From assembly GCF_001194135.2 (NCBI RefSeq), contig NC_068984.1, forward strand, positions 34,866,815 through 34,900,622: a stretch of 33,808 nucleotides of DNA, written 5' to 3'. Within the stretch, counting starts at the first letter, position 1, and each line of letters begins with the position of its first letter. This DNA comes from Octopus bimaculoides. Lineage: Eukaryota. The notes below the pieces were generated by a model. It was not told the origin of the DNA, ran no database searches, and saw nothing but the letters and a program-made list of their open reading frames with translations. Positions 24,962 through 33,808 of the stretch are shown in pieces. Position numbers and translations under genes: made by a program.

Positions 24962-25744
24962 CATATGTATGTGCGTGTGTTTGCATGTGTGTGTATGCCT
25001 GTATTTATGTATGTATGTGTGCATGCATTTTGATATATATATATAATCACATTTGTGATTCTCACCACTAATAAAATGTTCTCTCCAATATAAAACTGGA
25101 TGAGTTTGTGCCGCATCTCTTAATACACTTCCGTCTCACATTGCTCACTTTCTACTCTCACCCTTGTTATGCCCAGTGTCCCGACGCTAATAGCCACACA
25201 TCATCGTTCCATCTACGTCAGCTCTGTGGAATTTCATGTACACTCATATATGGCATGCAGAATTTGACTTACAAACTTTGAAGAGGTTTAGTAATATCAT
25301 AGGTTTCACAGTTTTGGAGAGTATTACCCTTAATTAATGAATACATATAAATATCGAAATACACACACGTACATATATGTATATGTCTGGATAAACAAAT
25401 TCACACACACGCACACGCACACACACACACACACACATATTAAATACATATACTTGCGCAAACAACGTTTTATGTATCTCTTTAGTATTCTGGCTACCTA
25501 TTTATCTCTCTTTCTCTCTCTCCCTCCCTCTCTCTCTCTCTCTCTATCTCGAAGTCTTTGTCTGTGCGTCCGTGCGCGTGTAATTGTGCATATTTCACAT
25601 ATATAACTTATATGCTAATATATGATTTTATTTATACGCACATATGTATGTGTATAGGCGTCGCCTATACACATGTATCTATCTACGTGTCAATCTATCA
25701 ATCTATCTATATCTTTCTCACTTTCTCTCTTTCTTTCTTTCTTT

Positions 25745-25789
<45 letters not shown>

Positions 25790-28244
25790 TGCGAGTATAT
25801 ATGCGTGTGTGTGTGTATGTGTGTACACATTTAAGTACAATCAATTGAAGCCTATATACAATTGATACGGTAAATACAGTTAGCTGATAAATCAATGGAA
25901 ATTTGACTCACAATTTCTAAGTTCTAGGTGGCTTGATGGAATCAATTTCGTAAAATGATAAATATACAGAACAATCAAACATCGATAATCCAGGAAGTTG
26001 AAGAATTACGATAGGGAAATAATATCCAACTTGACCACCTGTGTCTGTTCTTGTGAGATTAAATTCGAGGAGCTAAAAACCACAATTAGTCGTATAAAAG
26101 AACTTAAAGTCATAAAATGTCTATGAAATTCAATCAGTATATATAAGGGCATCGGCACGTTAAGTATAAAGATGAAACTGGTAAGTAAATTAAAAAACAA
26201 TTTAAGGAGTGTTTCAATAAACGATTAAGTAATTAAATCTGGTTGGAATGCTAAGATGTATAATGTACGAATAAAGAAAGTGGTGGATAAACAGTTAAAT
26301 AAAATTATAATAATATTAAATGAAATTAGTAACAATTGTTGCGCGAAAGAGATGTCAACTATGACTCATTGTATGTAGTTTCAGTTGTGTCAGAACGACT
26401 CGGAATAAATGAAGTGAATGCAGTTTATTATCTTCTACATGTTCTAGGTTTGTAGAAGCCTTAAGAATAAGGCTTAAGAAGCCTTAAGAAATAAGTTCAT
26501 ATTTAAGTCTATAATATATATAAATATTAAACTATTTCTATGTAACTTCTTTCCTCCCTCTATTGTGGTAAAATTTGGTATATGCTCAAAAGTATTCCAA
26601 AAAAATTTATCCTTCTGTAATAATATTCTTCTTAATAATATTCTTGATAACCCTAAATTTTAACTTTATACAATATAGCAATATTGTTTAAAATATTCAA
26701 CTATAGGACCACATGTTCAAGTTTCCCCTATATTATCATCATTGGTTTAGTAGAGTCTTGTCCCTTTACCCGACAGCTAACATCTTGATTTGAGATTTCC
26801 TTTACCAAATCTCATTATATTGCTTCAAATTTATCTTGATAGTTTTATGACTATACCCACTCTGATTTCTGTCGATTCTCTCAGCCCATTTCCCAACAGA
26901 AACCGCTCCTCGTTCCTTGGCCTTACATTTTTTATTTACAAAGATTTAATAAACAAGACTATAAATTAAGACTGACCACAAAAATCAGTGACACGCTAGA
27001 TCTCTAACAAGTCTTCCTGATACGTTAGTAGCTTCTAAGCTGAAGTGAAGACAGCATGTTCTTTGTCTATCTCCTTACCTTCTTGCAGGTTTTGCGTAAA
27101 ATTATTCTAATGTGTCCATCGGTTTTAATTTGATTTAATTCTATGTATTTATGCAGCTGAGGATTGCTCCGCATTTAAACTGATGTAATGGTTTCATTGT
27201 TCAAGAAAATGGAGTCACTTGAAACGATCGAACTGTATTACTTCTGGAGATCCAGTTACTTATCTTGATTTTAATCAAATTATTTTGAAACTGTATGGCT
27301 AATACCGTACTAAATTTTGGTGCCTCAACTTATGTACCTAATTCATCTGAATCTAAATGTTTGCTTGAATATGCATGTATGTAAGTGTGTATGTATACAC
27401 ACATACACACAAGCACAGACGCACACACACATTTGTTTGTCCTTGTGTGAAAGGAGCGTTATTACTTTTAAGCTAGTTTACAAATAAAAACTGTACATCT
27501 ACTCAAGGTGTGATTGTCGAGTTTAGAATCAAAATTATTGCGAAGATCACGTTGACTGAGACTGCAGAATATGTATTAAAACATGAAGCATTTGGATGTA
27601 TGCATGTATGTATGTGTGTGTGTATGTATGTATATATGTAGGTATGTGCGTTCGTACGTATGTATATGTAATATGTATATATATAGAGAGAGAGTGGAGG
27701 GAGAGAGAGAAGAGGGAGACACAGACATATATAACTTATGTATGATATAATGTATACGTATAATTTTGTAAGCAAATATATATGCTCGCATCTTTGCAAA
27801 ATTTCGTATAATAGAAACATTCATTCCCACATTCATTGTAGCACATGTACATACGTTGGTTTATATATATAAAACATGCACATATAGAAGTATGAATATA
27901 TGTACATGTACGCACATATAATACATGTATTCACATGTTCACATACTTAAATCCTTATCTACTGTGTACCCATCGTTTACACTCTATTGATTTTCTTTTC
28001 AATTCCGTCATCTATTTTCAGCCATCAACGTTTATTTCTTTTGTTCATGTTTATGTTGTTTGCGTTTTATTGTACATTTGTTTTCTTATGTTATCTACTT
28101 ACACGTTATGATTCTGTGTGTGTGAATTGTGTCTGTGTGTGTGTGATTTTTTTGTTTTTTTTTGTTTTTTAACTGAGTTATTTATTTCTAGAAGTCTTAC
28201 TATTTACGGACTTCGTGGGAGAAATAGGCTGAGGCAGGCTTAGT

Positions 28245-28505
28245 AACATACGTACACATACACATACGCACACACATAAAAATACTGATACATAAGTACA
28301 CACACACATACAGACACAAAGACACGCACACATACATATAAATATGTGTGTGTGTGTGTGTGTATGTATATACATATGTATGTGTATATATATATATATT
28401 TATACACACACATAAATACAAACATACACACATACATACATACAAATATGCATACATACATACATACATACATACCTACATATATACATACATACATACA
28501 TATCT
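28245..28505. repeat. (CA)/(TG)/(TACA)n low-complexity tract
   Basis: Read directly. Confidence 0.85.
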
Positions 28506-28597
28506 AAGCGTATATCAAAATAATAACATGATTTTGAACAAGAAAACACAACAAATAGAAACTATACCTAGCGTACTAAAATTTTTCTTATCCGCAG

Positions 28598-28612
28598 GCT
28601 TATTGCCTCTGC
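28598..28612 (+). CDS. Candidate 15-nt microexon
   Basis: aaatttttcttatccgcag|GCTTATTGCCTCTGC|gtaaga: strong acceptor and donor, frame-preserving, open in all three frames. Confidence 0.3.
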
Positions 28613-28845
28613 GTAAGATGGGCTTCTAGAATTTAGAAATGTTTTTAATTTCTTTTGCATTATATATTGTTTATTTTGCTTTTGTCTTTCTATACAATAT
28701 TCTTGTATAAGAAACCCAAAATGTTGAAGAATATCGCTTTAATAATATTTACTTAACTTTATACATCAATACATTACAACATGTTTATAGTTTATATATT
28801 TATTGGATTTCGTTTCGTATTCTTAGTTGTATGCTTGTATTTCAG

Positions 28846-28926
28846 AGAGAATGGTGTTGTTTCAGGTGCTGTAAGGGAAGAATTTACATAAAAGACTGCG
28901 GATATATATGTGCGGAGTGGTGCTGA
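28846..28926 (+). CDS. Candidate exon: Cys-rich terminal reading, or a 25-nt exon ending at 28870
   Basis: gcttgtatttcag|AGAGAATGG...; the phase-0 reading is REWCCFRCCKGRIYIKDCGYICAEWC*. An internal donor GCT|gtaagg at 28871 allows ENGVVSGA instead. Confidence 0.25.
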   Translation, partial: REWCCFRCCKGRIYIKDCGYICAEWC

Positions 28927-29102
28927 GTTTCTCAAAGAAGTACGCAGTTTTATGTGTAACTTGTTAGATGTTATCGCCCGATAATGATGGTGTCAAACAA
29001 TACAACACTGAAATACATATAACACCATATACAAATAAGAATGTTACGCATTTACAAAAATACGCTGAGTGTAATATTTGCGCAAGCATATATTCACATA
29101 CA

Positions 29103-29136
<34 letters not shown>

Positions 29137-29513
29137 NNNNNNNNNNNNNNNNNNNNNNNNNNNNNNNNNNNNNNNNNNNNNNNNNNNNNNNNNNNNNNNN
29201 NNNNNNNNNNNNNNNNNNNNNNNNNNNNNNNNNNNNNNNNNNNNNNNNNNNNNNNNNNNNNNNNNNNNNNNNNNNNNNNNNNNNNNNNNNNNNNNNNNNN
29301 NNNNNNNNNNNNNNNNNNNNNNNNNNNNNNNNNNNNNNNNNNNNNNNNNNNNNNNNNNNNNNNNNNNNNNNNNNNNNNNNNNNNNNNNNNNNNNNNNNNN
29401 NNNNNNNNNNNNNNNNNNNNNNNNNNNNNNNNNNNNNNNNNNNNNNNNNNNNNNNNNNNNNNNNNNNNNNNNNNNNNNNNNNNNNNNNNNNNNNNNNNNN
29501 NNNNNNNNNNNNN
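29137..29513. other. Assembly gap (377 N)
   Basis: N run with (CA)n on the left and (TG)n on the right. Confidence 0.98.
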
Positions 29514-31044
29514 TGTGTGTGTGTGTGTGTGTGTGTATATATAGATTGGTCGATAGATATGTTGTCTTGTGTGTGTTTGTGCGTGCATGTCCTTGTGTGT
29601 GTGTATGTGTGCATGTATATCCTCCATTCAGTTTTCTTCCATTCCTTTCAAATTAGTAAAGAATATATTGAACAAATGATAAGATTTTCCCCAAATTATT
29701 TCAAGAGCTGTGGTCCTGATTATAACCACTGAGTCGGTTTCAATTCACGGTTAAAAACCTAAAGTATCACTAAAGGCGATAATGTTCTTGGGAAAGGCAT
29801 CATCATCCAGCACTGTGAAGATATTTTAATCTTATTTCAAATTTACTACTTTCAAATATGTACAAGTCGATGGAAAACCTCTATCGTAACAATTTTGATG
29901 CTAAGAAAATCATTATATACACAAATATCAATACATAACTACACACACATGCATACAAATACATTTGCGCAGAAACTTTGTCTATGCATATGTATAGATG
30001 TAGCTTTGCTTCAGCACCAATCCTCCTGAATTTTTTAAAATGTATACAACAATTGCATGAAAGACTTCTTATTTTAATTAAATTACAAAAAAAACTGTTC
30101 TTTGTTGTAACAATCCTATGATGGTGCCTAAAATTAAACCATATATAAAAATATTATTTATCCACTAAACTCTTCTACCGTTCATGGAAGATTGCGCATC
30201 TATAACTTCAATACCCATCGCCAGCATGATATTAGAGTCGGAAACACCGGGTCTCTACTCTAAATATGTACTGTAAAATAACTCCTAAGTGAAATCCGCT
30301 TCACACTACCCAGTGAAATGCCTTATTTTTAAAATGTTGTGACCCTGTCTGCGTTGAAGACTATTTACTGTTACGTTCTGAGATTGTTGTTCTTCATCTG
30401 TGTTAAGAAGGTTGTCAAAACATTTATATAAACTAATCTTGATTTGGATCCGATTCATATATGCGTTACACTCAAGGGCAACTTAAATACCACCGATTGA
30501 TAACGCATCTTACAATTATCAACTTACATTGTTTAATGAAGTGATTTGCATGCATGTTTGTTTTTTAAACATATTTCTTATAATTCAAAATAGCAATGTT
30601 ATATGCATATTTGTGTCGTCATAAATAACAGAAATCATGATGGTGGAAATATATTAGATAGATTATGCACGAATAAGGTTACAGCGAACAATCAAATGAT
30701 TAATGAAAAGGAGAATCGGGCTGCAGTAATGGATGAACGTTTAGAACCTTAGCAAGAATATCTCCTGTCATAGAATGTAGCCCTCACATATTTCATAGAG
30801 ACGAGATACAGACATATATATGTACACATATTTTTTCAGCCCTATTATGTTTCTTTGTTGAAGCATTTCCATCCGATACGGCAATAAGTATTACCTTCTT
30901 TTTAAAAGTTAAACTACTAGAATTTGTATTAAATTTCGTTCCTTACTTCTTTATACATTGATATTACTGTATATATGCATATATGTTCACATGCATACAC
31001 ACAGGCACTCACAAACAAACATACTATCAAAAACATACGCACAT

Positions 31045-31137
<93 letters not shown>
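31045..31137. repeat. (CA)n-(TA)n microsatellite
   Basis: Read directly. Confidence 0.95.
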
Positions 31138-31141
<4 letters not shown>

Positions 31142-31182
31142 TGCATGTATGCATATATGCGAACATACATATATACATATCC

Positions 31183-31449
31183 AGATACGTTTATATCAAT
31201 TGGGACAGTCATATCAATGAGGAGGCATGATTTTTGTCTGAAGTCTTTCAGTATGATGTCTGGCCTATTTGCGTCTATCTTTCTGTCAGTTTGAATGGTG
31301 AAGTTCCAGAGGAGTGCAATGTGATCATTTTCAAGTACTGGGGGTGGTTTGTGTTCCCACCAGTTTTTATCATGGGGCAAGTCCAGGTTTTTGCATATTA
31401 CCCAGTGAATATATTGTGCAGCTCTATCATGCCTGTTGAGATACTCTGT
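31183..31449 (-). mobile_element. Truncated non-LTR retrotransposon fragment, R4/Dong-like clade, restriction-like endonuclease (RLE) region
   Basis: Minus-strand frame is open for 89 codons: TEYLNRHDRAAQYIHWVICKNLDLPHDKNWWEHKPPPVLENDHIALLWNFTIQTDRKIDANRPDIILKDFRQKSCLLIDMTVPIDINVS. It carries the RHD motif, W(W/Y)EHKP..VLEN...LLW(D/N)FTIQTD and RPDI...LLID, which are typical of R4/Dong-type RLE elements. Both ends are truncated: no RT, no CCHC knuckle, no downstream KxxKY. Confidence 0.88.
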
Positions 31450-31618
31450 TATTATTATTATTATTATCAGCTATTCTTCTTCTTCTTCTTCTTCTTCTTC
31501 TTCTTCTTCTTCTTCTTTATTTTGTTTATTATTGCTATCATCATCATCAACATCATCATCATCATCGTCATCGTCATCGTCGTCGTAGTCGTAGTCATCG
31601 TCGTCGTCATCGTCATCG

Positions 31619-31666
<48 letters not shown>
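31449..31666. repeat. Compound trinucleotide array (TTA)6-(CTT)n-(ATC)n-(GTC)-(ATC)n
   Basis: Read directly. Gives the poly-F/I/V and poly-M/K ORFs. Confidence 0.95.
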
Positions 31667-31668
31667 CC

Positions 31669-31850
31669 AAGGTGGTGATCTGACAGAATTGTTAGCAGTA
31701 TTTATTCCTACAGTACGTTTTGAGTTCAAAATTCGCCAAGGTCGACTCTACCTTTCAATGACCCTCTGCTAAACACTGGGTTCGATATAATCGATTGCGC
31801 CTCTGCCAAAACATTTCAGGTTTTATGGCTATAGTAGGAAAGATAATTAT
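31669..31850 (+). mobile_element. SINE family A, with internal deletions
   Basis: aaggtggtgatctgacagaattgttagc...ttgagttcaaaattcgccaaggtcgactctacctttca...actgggttcgatataatcgatt, directly after the (ATC)n tract. Confidence 0.75.
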
Positions 31851-32077
31851 TATGTTTTTCTCTCTTTTAGATTTGTTCCTATTTTTTGCCGAGTGTCTTA
31901 CCGAATGTTATTCGGTCTTAACCGAAATTATTTTTGCTTTTATCACTTTAGGGTTAATAATAAAAAAAAAAAACAACAACCAATTCTTGTTTCAACGTAA
32001 TCGACTAAACACCTACCCTTAAAACTGCTGGAATTAAACCAAAATTTTAACCATAAGTATTACCCCGGCAACAAATT

Positions 32078-32202
32078 CGCAGAATTGTTGGGCCATAGTA
32101 AAAATATGTTGCAGTATTTGCTCAGACATCCTTAGCTGAGCTCGAATCTAGTCGGGTCTACGTTGGCTTTCAGCCCTCTGCTGTCGATAGAAAACATGAG
32201 TA
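32078..32202 (+). mobile_element. SINE family A, strongly decayed
   Basis: cagaattgttgg...cagtatttgctcag...ctgagctcgaatct...gggtctacgttggctttcagccctct...gtcgatagaaaa is collinear with 31669-31850. Confidence 0.5.
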
Positions 32203-33188
32203 TGTTCTGCTGTTATACCTGAAATATTTATTTGCAGTCAAATATTCAGCCACAAACATTGTTTCAACCAATCAATCGCCTTACTTGCTTCTCTTCTTTC
32301 ATATACTATAAGTGGTTACACTTCCACCCTTTTAGAGCAACTTATCTTTCGCTCCAAGCTAAGCTCATCAATGGAACTGTGATTCATATTCAATTTTACT
32401 AAATACACTCACGTAACCTTATGCGAAATGTTTTGTTCAGTCATTTTTAAGAAATGAAATTTAACGTAATAATTATGCAGTGCTTCCCTTAGCCTCAGAT
32501 TTTGCAACATTAATAGTGTAGGCTGTTTAACATTAGATTTAATGCAAACTCGCTGATATATGAGTGAGTCCGATGATTTCATATATGTGATTATATTATT
32601 TTTCTCTGGAATTGTACGAGTTTAGATCTACGTAAGTCTCAGTAAATGGATCCGAAACGAAAATTCATTTAAAACATTTTAAACCATGAAAATTCTTTTA
32701 AAACATTATTAGCTATCTTTGGCTACTCTACTTTTTCTTTCAAAATATACGTCGAGAATACGCGGCAAGTTTTGCCTAGAACACCAGTGAGACTAACATG
32801 TAAATTATTATTTTTGATTTTGTTATAACTCTTTTCTTAATTCGAGTTCGAATAAATTGTATTGATTTTTTTTCGTACTGCAAAAGCAATGAAGTGAGTG
32901 TGCATAAGATGACAATAGAACAACCATACTTTCATTAATTTCTCAGTTATTCTTCTTTCTATTAGAAATTTTGTTTTCTAATTCGTTTCCTTGCGCTTGC
33001 TTCAATTAGAAATCTTTTATTCTAATTCTTTCCCTTCCTTACGAATATAAGTTTGTATTAAACAAGCACCTGCCATATATTTTGAAGATGTAAAATTAAT
33101 CTAGGTTTATTTTCACCATAGATAAATATGTAATGTCGGGTGAAGCCAAGACCGTGACTCAGTATTGCCTTTTCAATATGGCACTTAC

Positions 33189-33246
33189 AAAAGAAATATT
33201 GCGGAACAATATCGCAAATTCCAAGGAGCAGAATAATAAGATGCAT
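33189..33246 (-). CDS. Candidate first coding exon with signal-peptide-like start
   Basis: ATG...TTCTTTT|gtaagt reads MHLIILLLGICDIVPQYFF, phase-1 donor. Confidence 0.18.
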
Positions 33247-33808
33247 TGCGTAAAAATAAAAAAATAAAAAAAAAATCTGCGAAGTTATTAAATAAACTGA
33301 ATATTGTATTTAATTTTAAAGCAGAAACTCTGTTTTCAGCCTTGATTCCGATTTGCAAATGATTTCATATTTTAGCATTTTGTCGGAAAATGACGCCTTT
33401 GCTAAATATTTTACTGCAGATGAAGGAGAAAATTTTACTATAAATCTATGCAATCTACTTCTAGATTGGTATTATTTGTATATATAACTTTGCTATGTAT
33501 CGGTCTTACTGCTGATAACAACTAATTAGATGATACCGTGCACCAACATTTCTATAGTCTACTTATAATTTTATTTTTTTATTTAAACTCGTAACTTGAT
33601 CTAGTAATAGACATTTGATGCAGTCTTCTAACTACTTAAATAATTTGTCTGTAATGTATAAATTCAATTCGAAAAATCAGTCAAATATATCAAAACTCTA
33701 TCACATTAATTTGATATTGATAATTTTGATAACATTTAAATCTAGATTATTACAAACCAAATATCTCAAAAACGTATATGTGTAGGTACACACACATATA
33801 CATATATA

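Noticed and set aside
2251-29732. Long ORFs spanning N gaps and microsatellites (for example 2251-2661, 15520-16161, 24071-24714, 28964-29732)
   Set aside because: Their length comes from N runs and CV/HT/IY dipeptide repeats, so there is no coding evidence.
31234-31683. 149-aa plus-strand ORF and the poly-M/poly-K minus ORF 31467-31670
   Set aside because: The first is the antisense of the Dong-like fragment plus trinucleotide repeats. The second is pure repeat.

Overview
AT-rich, microsatellite-dense eukaryotic (animal) DNA from a short-read scaffold with five sized N gaps. It is almost entirely intronic or intergenic. Two recurring tRNA-derived SINE-like families match my recollection of the dominant Octopus (coleoid cephalopod) repeats, so the taxon call is from memory and was not searched. 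The only protein I can name is an 89-codon, stop-free fragment of the restriction-like endonuclease region of an R4/Dong-clade non-LTR retrotransposon (31183-31449, minus), which abuts a (TAA)6 tract. Most ORFs in the supplied track are translations of microsatellites or N runs. There is no complete recognisable gene, rRNA, true tRNA or CRISPR array. I cannot demonstrate a new biological system. The best leads are several short candidate exons and microexons with canonical splice sites (one plus-strand join gives a Cys-rich micropeptide), a zero-length AG|GT recursive-splice-type site, inverted SINE pairs that could form dsRNA, and two overlapping fold-back palindromes. All exon calls are hand-made and low confidence because AT-rich DNA generates such signals by chance.
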